Of a stretch of 64,000 bases of DNA, positions 20,377 through 30,083 are shown piece after piece. This stretch comes from Alphaproteobacteria bacterium (GTDB taxonomy: Bacteria > Pseudomonadota > Alphaproteobacteria > Bin95). Numbering within the stretch: the stretch's first letter is position 1; each line of letters starts with the position of its first letter. The notes under the pieces are model-generated. The model had not been told where the DNA came from. It did no database searches and worked only from the letters and a program-made list of their open reading frames with translations. The DNA lies in the NCBI GenBank assembly GCA_963665325.3, contig CAXXWS020000002.1, positions 224,001 to 288,000 of the forward strand. The letters are read 5' to 3'. The position numbers and the translations under genes were made by a program.

Positions 20377-21986
20377 CCGCGCTGCTGACCGTCGATGACC
20401 TCCGGGTCGATTTCCAGAGCCACGAGACGCAAGTCCACGCCGTGCGCGGCGTGTCCTTCGACATCGAGCGCGGCGAGACCTTGGCGCTGGTCGGCGAAAG
20501 CGGTTCCGGCAAGTCGGTGACCGCGCTCTCGCTGCTTCAGCTTCTGCCCTATCCGGCCGCCTCGCACCCCTCGGGGCGCATCCGTTTCGACGGCAGCGAC
20601 CTCATGGGCGCGGACGAGGCGGTCATGCGCCAAGTGCGCGGCGACCGCATCGCCATGATCTTCCAGGAGCCGATGACGTCCCTCAACCCGCTGCACACGG
20701 TCTCGCGGCAGGTGAGCGAGACGCTGTTCCTGCACAAGGGCTTCTCGCGCGAGCGGGCGCGGGCCGAGACGCTGAAGCTGCTGCGCGAGGTCGGCCTGCG
20801 GGACCCCGAGCAGCGCCTCGACAGCTATCCGCACCAGCTTTCCGGCGGCCAGCGCCAGCGGGTGATGATCGCCATGGCGCTCGCCAACGAGCCGGACCTG
20901 CTGATCGCCGACGAGCCGACCACCGCGCTCGACGTGACGATCCAGGCCCAGATCCTCGACCTGCTGAAGCGCCTTCAGGCAGAGCGCGGCATGGCGCTGC
21001 TGCTCATCACCCACAATCTCGCCATCGTGCGCAAGATGGCCGACCGTGTGTGCGTGATGACGGAGGGCGAGATCGTCGAGCGCGGCAGCCGGGACGATAT
21101 TTTCGAGCGCGCCGGCCATCCCTACACGCAGCGCCTGCTCGCGGCCGAACCGAAGGGCGAGCCGCCGCGGGCCCCGGAAGGCGCGCAGGAGATCGTTCGC
21201 GCGGAGGACGTGCGGGTCTGGTTCCCGGTCAAGCGCGGCGCGCTGCGGCGAACGGTTGGCCATATCAAGGCGGTGGACGGCATATCCTGCATGGTTCGCG
21301 AAGGCCGCACGGTCGGCGTGGTCGGCGAGAGCGGGTCCGGCAAGACGACCCTCGGGCTGGCGCTCCTGCGCCTCGAACGCTCGCGCGGCGCCATCGTCTT
21401 CGGCGGCAGGCCGATCCACGGGGAAGGCTGGAAGGCGCTCCGGCCGCTGCGGCGCGAAATGCAGATCGTCTTCCAGGACCCCTATGGCTCGCTCTCGCCG
21501 AGGCTCACGGTCGGCCAGATCGTCGGCGAGGGGCTGGCCGTCCACGATATCGGCGGCAGTGCCGACGCGCGCAGGCAGGCGGTCGAAGAGGCGTTGGAGG
21601 AGGTGGGCCTCGAAGCTGTAATGACGGACCGCTACCCGCACGAGTTCTCCGGCGGCCAGCGCCAGCGCATCGCGATTGCGCGCGCCATGGTGCTGAAACC
21701 GCGCTTCGTGGTGCTGGACGAGCCGACCTCGGCGCTCGACATGTCGGTGCAGGCGCAGATCGTGGACCTGCTCCGCGACCTCCAGCTTCGCCACCGGTTG
21801 GCCTACCTGTTCATCAGCCACGACCTCAAGGTCGTACGCGCGCTCGCCGACGAGCTGATCGTGATGCGCGAGGGCAGGGTGGTGGAGCAGGGCCCGGCCC
21901 GCACCGTCTTCGAGGCCCCCCGCGACGACTACACCAAGGCCCTCCTAGCCGCCGCCTTCGACCTTGAGGCGCGGGAACCCGGATAG
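20373..21986 (+). CDS. yejF: ABC transporter double ATPase YejF
   Basis: Two Walker A motifs GESGSGKS/T; LSGGQRQR and FSGGQRQR signatures. Confidence 0.93.
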   Translation: MTALLTVDDLRVDFQSHETQVHAVRGVSFDIERGETLALVGESGSGKSVTALSLLQLLPYPAASHPSGRIRFDGSDLMGADEAVMRQVRGDRIAMIFQEPMTSLNPLHTVSRQVSETLFLHKGFSRERARAETLKLLREVGLRDPEQRLDSYPHQLSGGQRQRVMIAMALANEPDLLIADEPTTALDVTIQAQILDLLKRLQAERGMALLLITHNLAIVRKMADRVCVMTEGEIVERGSRDDIFERAGHPYTQRLLAAEPKGEPPRAPEGAQEIVRAEDVRVWFPVKRGALRRTVGHIKAVDGISCMVREGRTVGVVGESGSGKTTLGLALLRLERSRGAIVFGGRPIHGEGWKALRPLRREMQIVFQDPYGSLSPRLTVGQIVGEGLAVHDIGGSADARRQAVEEALEEVGLEAVMTDRYPHEFSGGQRQRIAIARAMVLKPRFVVLDEPTSALDMSVQAQIVDLLRDLQLRHRLAYLFISHDLKVVRALADELIVMREGRVVEQGPARTVFEAPRDDYTKALLAAAFDLEAREPG

Positions 21987-22016
21987 GTTGGAGCGTCTCG
22001 CCTTTTCCCTTCGCAG

Positions 22017-22037
22017 GGTTATCGGAAAATGATAACC
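22017..22037. promoter_or_regulatory. palindromic operator upstream of TA module
   Basis: GGTTATC-GGAAAAT-GATAACC perfect 7-bp inverted repeat, 7 nt before ATG 22045. Confidence 0.6.
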
Positions 22038-22044
22038 TGAAGAA

Positions 22045-22416
22045 ATGACAGCGCCCGACGCCGATCCCGGGCTTGAGACATTGCTGGACCTTCACGGCCA
22101 GACTCTGTTCGTCGATGATTCGGGATGCTGGGTCAAATTCGTCGTGCGGCGAACCGGGGTCACGACCGAGCGGCCCCACGGCCTTAGCTATTCGTTGACG
22201 CTGCACGGGCCGGACGGCGCAAGGCTGGTGGGATTCGACAATGCACACCCTGTCAGGAATCGTCGTGGAGCGGGGAAGCGGGAACGCAGCGGACACGACC
22301 ATCGGCACCGCCTCAGGACAATCGGACCGTACGACTACAAGGATGCCGCCACGCTTCTCGAAGATTTCTGGAAGGAAGTAGACGCGGTCCTGAAGGAGCG
22401 AGGGTCGATCCCATGA
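22045..22416 (+). CDS. DUF6516 / TumE-family putative toxin
   Basis: RPHGLSYSLTLHGPDGARLVGFDNAH...HDHRH...YDYKDAATLLEDFW, typical of DUF6516. Confidence 0.8.
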   Translation: MTAPDADPGLETLLDLHGQTLFVDDSGCWVKFVVRRTGVTTERPHGLSYSLTLHGPDGARLVGFDNAHPVRNRRGAGKRERSGHDHRHRLRTIGPYDYKDAATLLEDFWKEVDAVLKERGSIP

Positions 22417-22793
22417 CGACATTGAAGATCGGTATCGCCGGGTACGACCGGATGAAGGAGCGGACAATGGCGATCGCACGGGGAGAGCACAAGCCTTCCG
22501 GGGACGAGCCAACGGTCTGGTTCACGTCCGTCGAGAGCTTCGCCAGGGTGCTCTCCGGGCACAATCGCGAGCTGTTGGCGACGATAGTGCGGGAGCAACC
22601 GGGTTCGCTGACGGAGTTGGCGGCGCTGGCCGGGCGAAGCAAGTCGAACCTGTCACGCACTCTCAAGACGATGTCGCGCTACGGTCTAGTGGAGTTGGCG
22701 GCGGGACGGCGCGGTGCGGTCGTTCCCCGCGTTCCCTACGACCGGGTAAGCCTGGACCTGCCGCTGACGACTTCGCCGCGCGAGGCCGCATAA
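22413..22793 (+). CDS. HTH antitoxin-like regulator (HVO_A0114/MarR-like)
   Basis: VWFTSVESFARVLS, SLTELAALAGRSKSNLSRTLKTMSRYGLVEL winged HTH; ATGA overlap with the toxin gene. Confidence 0.82.
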   Translation: MTTLKIGIAGYDRMKERTMAIARGEHKPSGDEPTVWFTSVESFARVLSGHNRELLATIVREQPGSLTELAALAGRSKSNLSRTLKTMSRYGLVELAAGRRGAVVPRVPYDRVSLDLPLTTSPREAA

Positions 22794-22811
22794 GGCAGCC
22801 GGCAGCGGCGC

Positions 22812-23612
22812 CTACTGCTCCGCGCCGACCGCGACGTCGGCGGCGAGGGATTCCGTGCTTTCGCCGTGCATGTGGCCGCGGATGGGGGCGGCGTCGAAGG
22901 CGTCGAGGCCGGAGCCGAGGCGGACATAGGCGTCGGTCGGGCTCTGGCGGTGGGTGGGGTCGAAGCCGACCCAGCCGAGCCCCTCCACCCAGGCCTCCGC
23001 CCAGGCGTGGGTGTCGCCGAGCGGGGCGTTCGGGTCGTGCAGGTAGCCGACGACATAGCGCGCCGGGATTTCCAGGGTCCGGCAGGCGGCGGCGAAGAGA
23101 TGCGCATGGTCCTGGCAGACACCCGCCCCGCGCTCGAGCGCCTCGGCGGCCGTGACGCTGCTGTCGGTCGCGCCCGGACGGTATTCGACCGCGTCGGCGA
23201 CCGCCTCGTTCAGGTTGTGGAGCATCGGAAGCAGGCCGTCGCTCGCTTCGGCGACTTTCTCCGCAAACCCGGGGATGCCGCCCTCTGGCCCGGTGAGCGG
23301 CGAATAGCGCAGGAAGACGGCCGGGCGGTGCGGCGGCCAGCGGCCCAGCATCCCGGCCCTGTCCTCGGTCTCGACCGTGCCCTCGACCGAGACCTCCACG
23401 CGCTCCGGCGGCTCCGGCGCCCGCCAGAGCGCCTCCCTGTCGCCGAAGGAGTTGGTCAGCAGGGGCGAGACCTCGGCCCCGTTCACCCGGACCGACCAGG
23501 CCTCGATGCGCTGCATGGCGTGGTCGGGGGCGAACAGGCGCAGGCGCAGCGTCAATTGCGAGGGCGGCGGGTCGTAGCGGTAAACCGTCTCGTGGCGGAT
23601 GGAGAGGCGCAC
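22812..23612 (-). CDS. transglutaminase-like protein with Bact_transglu_N domain
   Basis: N-terminal RLSIRHETVYRY; catalytic GVCQDHAH, HAWAE and GFDPT; GTG start at 23612. Confidence 0.92.
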   Translation of the reverse strand: MRLSIRHETVYRYDPPPSQLTLRLRLFAPDHAMQRIEAWSVRVNGAEVSPLLTNSFGDREALWRAPEPPERVEVSVEGTVETEDRAGMLGRWPPHRPAVFLRYSPLTGPEGGIPGFAEKVAEASDGLLPMLHNLNEAVADAVEYRPGATDSSVTAAEALERGAGVCQDHAHLFAAACRTLEIPARYVVGYLHDPNAPLGDTHAWAEAWVEGLGWVGFDPTHRQSPTDAYVRLGSGLDAFDAAPIRGHMHGESTESLAADVAVGAEQ

Positions 23613-23623
23613 GGGGTCCCCCC

Positions 23624-24553
23624 TCAGAAATGGTAGGCGCGGGAGAGCTCGCCGGAGAGGCGGCCGTTCAGATGGATCGCCTCCAGCAGGAACTCGTGCA
23701 GCCCTTCGTCGAAGATGTCGTCCATCTCCCGGTCGCGCAGTTGGCTCACGGCTTCCTCGACGGTGGCGTGGCAGCCGTGGCGCGCGCCGTAGCGGTCCGC
23801 CAGGCGGCCGAGCGCTGCGCGCAGGCCGGAATAGCAGAAGGCCAGCGAGCAGGGGAAATCGCGGTTCAGGATCATGAAATGGGCGATCTTCGACGGGCTG
23901 AAATCGCCCCGATAGACATAGTGGAAGGCGCGGACCGCCGATGTGGCCTGCAGCAGGCTGATCCAGCGGTAGCGGTCGCGGCTGTCGAGCACCAGGCCAG
24001 TCTCCGGCAGCAGCACGAAATATTTCACGTCGAGGAGGCGCAAGGTCATGTCGGCGCGTTCGATGAAGGCGCCCGCGGAGAGGAAGTCGTAGCGCTCGCC
24101 GCGCAGCATGGTCGTCTGCGCCGCGCCCCGGAACAGCGCCGAGAGGCTCCGGATGCGCTCGAGCGTGGCCGGCAGGTCGCGTTGGATGGTGGCCGCCTCG
24201 ACGCCGCCGAGCCAGCGCCAGCCGTCGTTCAGCCCCTCCCACATCTCGGCGGTGAGCGCGGTGCGCACGGCGCGGGCATTGTTCCTTGCGCGGTCGAGGC
24301 AGGCCCGGATCGAGGAGGGATTATTCTCGTCCAGAATCAGGCTGCGGCAGACTTCCGCCTCGCCGATCCGTTCGCCGGGGTAGAACGCGGCGCCCGCCCC
24401 GGCCGCGGCCACCACGGAACGCCACTCCTCCTGTCCGTAGGCGCCGGGCAGCATCGCCATGCGCCGGCCCATCTCGACCAGCCGCGCCGTCGCCTCCGCG
24501 CGCTCGATATAGCGCGCCATCCAGAAGAGGCTCTCCGCCGTCCGGCTCAGCAT
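23624..24553 (-). CDS. alpha-E domain protein (DUF403)
   Basis: MLSRTAESLFWMARYIERAE and second ER motif FIERADMTLRLLDVKY. Confidence 0.92.
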   Translation of the reverse strand: MLSRTAESLFWMARYIERAEATARLVEMGRRMAMLPGAYGQEEWRSVVAAAGAGAAFYPGERIGEAEVCRSLILDENNPSSIRACLDRARNNARAVRTALTAEMWEGLNDGWRWLGGVEAATIQRDLPATLERIRSLSALFRGAAQTTMLRGERYDFLSAGAFIERADMTLRLLDVKYFVLLPETGLVLDSRDRYRWISLLQATSAVRAFHYVYRGDFSPSKIAHFMILNRDFPCSLAFCYSGLRAALGRLADRYGARHGCHATVEEAVSQLRDREMDDIFDEGLHEFLLEAIHLNGRLSGELSRAYHF

Positions 24554-24623
24554 GGGTACAGCCCCGTCGGGTTCCGGGTGCAGTATAGGCGGGTTTCGCC
24601 CGGCCTGTCCCGCTGGGAGAAGG

Positions 24624-26030
24624 CTAATCCGCCAGCACCCAGGTGTCCTTGACGCCGCCGCCCTGGCTGGAATTGACCACCAGCGAGCCTTCGCGCAGCG
24701 CGACGCGGGTGAGGCCGCCGGGGACGAGGCGGATGGTGCGGCCAATCAGGCAGTAGGGCCGGAAATCGACATGTCGGCCGGCAATGCCCGCCTCGGCAAG
24801 CGAGGGCGATGAGGACAGCTCCAGCGTCGGCTGGGCGATATAGCGCTCCGGGTCGCGCTTGATCTTCTCCGTGAACTCCGCGCGCTCGTCGGTGGTGGAA
24901 TGCGGCCCGATCAGCATGCCGTAGCCACCCGAGCCATGCACTTCCTTCACCACCAGCTCGCTCAACCGCTCCAGCACATAAGCGCGCTCCTCGTCGTGCG
25001 AGCAGCGCCAGGTCGGCACGTTTTCGAGGATCGGCTCCTGCCCGAGATAGAAGCGGATCATCTCCGGCACATAGACATAGACTTCCTTGTCGTCCGCAAT
25101 GCCCGTTCCCGGCGCGGAACAGAGCGTCACGCCGCCCGCGCGGTAGGCGTTGAACAGGCCCGGCACGCCGAGCAGGCTGTCCGGGCTGAAGGAGAGCGGA
25201 TCGAGGTAGGCGTCGTCGATGCGCCGGTAGAGCACATCCACGCGCTGGGGCCCCTGCGTCGTGCGCATCCAGCACAGGCCTTGATCGACGAACAGGTCCT
25301 GCGGTTCGACCAGCTCGATGCCCATCAGGTCGGCGAGGAAGGAATGCTCGTAATAGGCGGAGTTGAACGGCCCCGGCGTCAGCAGCGCGATTACGGGATC
25401 ACCGGTGCAGGCCGGCGGCGCCACCTCCTCCAGCGTGCGGCGCAGCTCCTCCGGATAGACATCGACCGGCTCGACATTGCCGGAGCGGAAGAGTTCCGGG
25501 CAGGTCCGCATCATGCACTCGCGGTTTTCCAGCATGTAGCTGACCCCGGAGGGCGTGCGGCAATTGTCCTCCAGCACCTGGAACTCCTGCTCGCCGGTTC
25601 GCACGATGTCGATGCCGACCACGTGGGAATAGACGCGGCCCGGCGGATCGACGCCGACCATCGCCGGCTCGAAGGCCGGATTTCGATAGACCAGCCGCTC
25701 CGGCACGATGCCGGCGCGCAGGATTTCGCCCCGGTGATAGATATCCTGGAGGAAGGCGTTGAGCGCGAGCGCGCGCTGGCGGATGCCGCGCTCCAGCCGG
25801 CGCCACTCGGCCGCGGCGAACACCCTCGGGATGAGGTCGAAGGGGATCAGCCGCTCCGGGTCCCCGCCCTCGCCATAGACGGCGAAGGTGATGCCGATGC
25901 GGCGGAAGACCGCCTCGGCCTCCGCCGTGTGCCGGCGCAGCGTGTCGAGGCCGCTCGCCTCGATCCAGGCGGCAATATCGTTGTAGGGCGCCCTTAGTCC
26001 GGTGCCGTCGCCGGTCATCTCGTCGAACAT
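24624..26030 (-). CDS. circularly permuted type 2 ATP-grasp protein (DUF404/407)
   Basis: MFDEM, GITFAVY, LEDNCRTPSGVSYMLENR, NSAYYEHSFLA, VDVLYRRIDD and VVNSSQGGGVKDTWVL. Confidence 0.94.
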   Translation of the reverse strand: MFDEMTGDGTGLRAPYNDIAAWIEASGLDTLRRHTAEAEAVFRRIGITFAVYGEGGDPERLIPFDLIPRVFAAAEWRRLERGIRQRALALNAFLQDIYHRGEILRAGIVPERLVYRNPAFEPAMVGVDPPGRVYSHVVGIDIVRTGEQEFQVLEDNCRTPSGVSYMLENRECMMRTCPELFRSGNVEPVDVYPEELRRTLEEVAPPACTGDPVIALLTPGPFNSAYYEHSFLADLMGIELVEPQDLFVDQGLCWMRTTQGPQRVDVLYRRIDDAYLDPLSFSPDSLLGVPGLFNAYRAGGVTLCSAPGTGIADDKEVYVYVPEMIRFYLGQEPILENVPTWRCSHDEERAYVLERLSELVVKEVHGSGGYGMLIGPHSTTDERAEFTEKIKRDPERYIAQPTLELSSSPSLAEAGIAGRHVDFRPYCLIGRTIRLVPGGLTRVALREGSLVVNSSQGGGVKDTWVLAD

Positions 26031-26079
26031 GCCGGCTCCCTTCCCAACCGGTTCCGCGGAGCGGGGTCGCCGTCTCCCG

Positions 26080-26991
26080 TCAGACCGGGTCCCAGTAGAA
26101 TACATCGCCGTCCCGGTCGAGCGGGGAGAACGCCGCCGTCAGGGCCGGCATGGCGTGTTCGTGGATGGCGGCGGGCGTCCAGCCCTCGCCCCGATGCACG
26201 GACCGCGCCGGGCGGTGCTGGTTGAAGATGAACTGCTCATTGCGGCGCGACGCGAAGATCTGGCCCGTGACGCCGCTCGCGAGGTCGGACAGCAGATACA
26301 CCACCATCGGCGCGATCTGCGCGGGCTGCAGCGTCTTCAGCTTCTCGATGCGCTCCAGCTCCTGCGGTGTGTTGGCGGGAATTGTCTCGATCATGCGTGT
26401 CCAGGCGAAGGGCGACATGCAGTTGGAGCGCACATTGAAACGCTGCATGTCGAGTGCAATCGACTTCGACAGCCCGACGATACCCATCTTCGCCGCGGCA
26501 TAGTTCGCCTGGCCGAAATTGCCGACCAGCCCCGAGGTCGAGGTGAAATGCACCATCGCGCCCGATTCCTGCGCCCGGAAATGGTCCGCCGCATTGCGCG
26601 CCACATTGAACGAGCCCTTGAGGTGCACCGAAATCACCGCATCCCAGTCCGCCTCGCTCATCTTGTGGAAGATCACGTCGCGCAGGATGCCGGCCACATT
26701 CACCACCCCGTCGATGCGCCCGAAGGTCTCCACCGCCAGGCCTACCATCCGGCCCGCCGCCTCGTAGTCGGCAACACTGTCGCCGTTGACGACCGCCTCG
26801 CCGCCAGCGCCCTCGATCATGGCGACGGTCTCCTGCGCCGGGCTCGCATCCACCCCCGCGCCGCCGACATCGCCGCCGAGATCGTTCACGACCACCTGCG
26901 CGCCCTCGCGCGCCGCCAGCACCGCGATCTCGCGCCCGATGCCGCGGCCCGCCCCCGTCACCAGCACAACCTTGCCTTCCAAAACGCCCAT
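26080..26991 (-). CDS. short-chain dehydrogenase (3-hydroxyacyl-CoA dehydrogenase/MFE-like)
   Basis: TGAGRGIG, VVVNDLG, NVAGILRD and GNFGQANYAAAK. Confidence 0.92.
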   Translation of the reverse strand: MGVLEGKVVLVTGAGRGIGREIAVLAAREGAQVVVNDLGGDVGGAGVDASPAQETVAMIEGAGGEAVVNGDSVADYEAAGRMVGLAVETFGRIDGVVNVAGILRDVIFHKMSEADWDAVISVHLKGSFNVARNAADHFRAQESGAMVHFTSTSGLVGNFGQANYAAAKMGIVGLSKSIALDMQRFNVRSNCMSPFAWTRMIETIPANTPQELERIEKLKTLQPAQIAPMVVYLLSDLASGVTGQIFASRRNEQFIFNQHRPARSVHRGEGWTPAAIHEHAMPALTAAFSPLDRDGDVFYWDPV

Positions 26992-27400
26992 CTATGCGGC
27001 TCCCCAATGTCTCCGGCGGCCAGCATAGATTGCCGCGTCTGCATTCGCGAGCATCGAGAAAGCCCGCGCCCGCCGCCTCGGCCGCAGGCGACGAAACTGC
27101 GTCGGAAGCCCCGCTCGCGCCTACTTTCCGGCCTGTTTTCCGCCTCGGCCAAGGCCCCCGGAACGAGCCTCTGATTTGACGCGTCGACCTGTTACCGGCA
27201 TAACGGCCGGGCCAGTAGCCCGGCGACCAGCGGGGCTAAGACATAGCGGCGGCAGGTCCGGAGCTGTCACGACCATCGATGCTCCTGCGCCGCGCCGCTG
27301 CAGAGAGATCGACAAACTTCACATCTGGCCTGGTGGGAGTTTCTGTATCGGACCGCATTGCCCATAACACGACCGGGTGGACAACAGGGAGGACACTAGA

Positions 27401-28981
27401 ATGAAAGACATCAAGAAGTTCCAGCAGATGGTTCGCGACGGCCGGATGGACCGGCGCGATTTCCTCGCGGCCATGGGCGCACTTGGCGTCAGCACTGCCG
27501 CCGCGACAGGCTTCCTGCACTCGTCCAGCGCGCTCGCCGCAACACCGCGCAAAGGCGGCACCGCGCGTTTCGCGAGCAATCTCCACGGGCCGGACGACCA
27601 GATGGACCCGATCGTCTTCACCTCGGGCATCGACTACACGCGCGGCAGGGCCACCTATAACGGCCTCGTCCAGATGCGCGATAACATGGCGCTCGCGCCC
27701 GAGCTGGCCGAGGAATGGTCTGCCAACAGCGACGCCACCGAATACACCTTCAAGATCCGCAAGGGTGTGGAGTTTCACGACGGGTCGCCGCTGACTGCGG
27801 ACGACATCGTCTGGAGCATGAACCGCCATCTCGGCGAGGACACCCCGTCGGTCGCCAAGGCGCTCTTCCAGTCGGTGCAGGAGTGGAAGAAGGTGGACGG
27901 GCACACCGTCCGGGCCATCCTGAAAACGCCCGACTCCGACCTTCCCGCGAAGCTGACCGAGAAGCAGGCCAAGATCGCGAAGATGGGCACGGAGGACTTC
28001 AAGAAGGGCAACGGCACCGGCCCGTTCGTCCTCGAGTCCTTCGAGCCCGGCGTGCGGTCCACCCACACCCGCAACCCGAACTACTGGCGGGACGGGGCGA
28101 GTTTCGAGGCGCTGGAGATCACCGCCATCACCGACCCGCTGTCGCGGGCCAACGCGCTCATCGCCGGCGATGTGGACCTCATTGCCCAGGTCGATTCCAA
28201 GAGCATCTCCCGGGTCGAAGAAGCCGACGGCGTGCGCGTCATCTCGACGCCGACCAGCGCCTACACGGGCATCTGCATCCTGAAGAACACTGCGCCCGGC
28301 CAGAACGACGACTTCGTGAAGGCCATGCAATATATCCAGGACCGCGACCGCATTGTGCGTTCCATCCTCAAGGGGCACGGCACGGTCGGCAACGACCACC
28401 CGGTCGGGCCCGCCTTCGGTCCGGACCATTGCGCCGAGATGGAGCAGCGCGCGTTCGACCCAGACAAGGCCAAGTTCCACCTTGAGAAGTCCGGCGTCAC
28501 CTCGGCCGAACTCTATGTCGCGCCGGTGCGCCTCGGCATCGAGGAAATCTGCCTCCTGATGCAGGCCAATCTCAAGAAGATCGGCTTCGACCTCAGGATC
28601 AAGAAGGTGCCGACGGACGGTTACTGGGGCGCGGTGTGGATGAAGGAGCCGATTAACGTGGTCTCCTGGAACATGCGTCCGACCGCAAATGCGCAAATGG
28701 CCATCCAGTTCGCGCCGGGCGCGGCCTGGAACGACACCTTCTGGAACAATGAGCGGATGGGCGAGCTGCTGACGGCCCAGCTCGCCGAGACCGACGAAGC
28801 CAAGCGCCACGGCATGCTCTGCGAGATGCAGACCCTCATCCACAATGGCAGCGGCATGGTGATCCCCTGCCATGTGAACGAGGTGGACGGCGCCAGCAAC
28901 AAGATCCAGGGCATCCCGAATGTGCCGTTCGGCGCGCTCGGCGCCTATGAGTGGGTCGAGTTCTCATGGATGGACGAGTGA
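27401..28981 (+). CDS. ABC transporter substrate-binding protein, family 5 (Tat signal)
   Basis: Twin-arginine DRRDFL, PELAEEW, FHDGSPLTADD and GTGPF; RBS GGAGG upstream. Confidence 0.92.
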   Translation: MKDIKKFQQMVRDGRMDRRDFLAAMGALGVSTAAATGFLHSSSALAATPRKGGTARFASNLHGPDDQMDPIVFTSGIDYTRGRATYNGLVQMRDNMALAPELAEEWSANSDATEYTFKIRKGVEFHDGSPLTADDIVWSMNRHLGEDTPSVAKALFQSVQEWKKVDGHTVRAILKTPDSDLPAKLTEKQAKIAKMGTEDFKKGNGTGPFVLESFEPGVRSTHTRNPNYWRDGASFEALEITAITDPLSRANALIAGDVDLIAQVDSKSISRVEEADGVRVISTPTSAYTGICILKNTAPGQNDDFVKAMQYIQDRDRIVRSILKGHGTVGNDHPVGPAFGPDHCAEMEQRAFDPDKAKFHLEKSGVTSAELYVAPVRLGIEEICLLMQANLKKIGFDLRIKKVPTDGYWGAVWMKEPINVVSWNMRPTANAQMAIQFAPGAAWNDTFWNNERMGELLTAQLAETDEAKRHGMLCEMQTLIHNGSGMVIPCHVNEVDGASNKIQGIPNVPFGALGAYEWVEFSWMDE

Positions 28982-29011
28982 GTCCGTCCGTGCCGTCGAC
29001 CGGATGAAATT

Positions 29012-29047
29012 GGCCCGCGCGGTTTCGGCCGCGCGGGCCTTTCTTTT
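29012..29047 (+). terminator. intrinsic terminator-like hairpin after SBP gene
   Basis: GGCCCGCGCGGT-TTCG-GCCGCGCGGGCC followed by TTTCTTTT. Confidence 0.75.
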
Positions 29048-29100
29048 CGACCGCCTCCGTCCGGCCGACGCATGGCGACCCGTTCGGGATCGTCCATAAT

Positions 29101-30072
29101 ATGGCACTGCTAAACGCGATACTGCGCCGGACCGCGCTCGGCATCGCGACGCTGTTCGTGGTGTCGGTGCTGATCTTCATCGGCACCGCCATTCTGCCGG
29201 GGGACGTCGCCAATATCATTCTCGGCCAGATGGCGACGCCGGAATCCCTGGCGGCGCTGCGCGCCAAGCTCGGCCTGGATGAGCCGGCGCATGTCCGGTA
29301 TTTCATCTGGTTGAGCGACCTGCTGACCGGGGATCTCGGTTTCTCGAAGGCCGGCGCCGGCGCCGGAACCATCGGCACCCCGATTTCCGACATGCTCATG
29401 CCGCGCCTGGCCAACACGCTCAGGCTGGCCACCGCCGTTGCGGTGGTCGCTGTCCCGTTCGCGGTGACGGTGGGTCTGCTGGCCGCGATGTATCCCGGCA
29501 CAAAGCTCGACCGCGCCGTCACCTTCACGACGCTCGGGCTCATCTCCGTGCCGGAATTCCTGGTCGCGACCGTGCTGGTCCTGATCGTGGCGGTCCAGCT
29601 GGGCTGGTTGCCCGCCACCGCCTATATCAGCGGGCAGGAAACCGGCATGAAGCTGGTGCGCGCGCTGGCGATGCCGGCGCTCACCCTGATTATCGTCGCC
29701 TCCTCGCAGATCATGCGCATGACGCGGGCCACGGTGCTCAATGTGATGAGCTCCCCCTATATCGAGATGGCGATCCTCAAGGGCGTGCCGCGCAAGCGGA
29801 TCATCCTCCGCCATGCGCTGCTCAACGCCATCGGGCCCATCGCCAATGTCATCGCGCTCAACCTCGCCTATCTCGTGAGCGGCGTTGTCATCGTCGAGAC
29901 CGTCTTCGCCTATCCGGGGCTGGCGAAGCTGATGATCGACGCCGTGCAGACCCGTGACCTGCCGCTGGTCCAGGCCTGCGCCATGATCTTCTGCGCGACC
30001 TATATCGTACTGATCTTCATCGCGGACATGGTTTCGATCCTGTCGAACCCGAGACTCCGGCATCCGAAATAG
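29101..30072 (+). CDS. peptide/nickel ABC transporter permease (DppB-like)
   Basis: LPGDVA, LGLDEP, YIEMAILKG, HALLNA and VETVFAYPGL. Confidence 0.92.
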   Translation: MALLNAILRRTALGIATLFVVSVLIFIGTAILPGDVANIILGQMATPESLAALRAKLGLDEPAHVRYFIWLSDLLTGDLGFSKAGAGAGTIGTPISDMLMPRLANTLRLATAVAVVAVPFAVTVGLLAAMYPGTKLDRAVTFTTLGLISVPEFLVATVLVLIVAVQLGWLPATAYISGQETGMKLVRALAMPALTLIIVASSQIMRMTRATVLNVMSSPYIEMAILKGVPRKRIILRHALLNAIGPIANVIALNLAYLVSGVVIVETVFAYPGLAKLMIDAVQTRDLPLVQACAMIFCATYIVLIFIADMVSILSNPRLRHPK

Positions 30073-30083
30073 AGGTATCGCTC

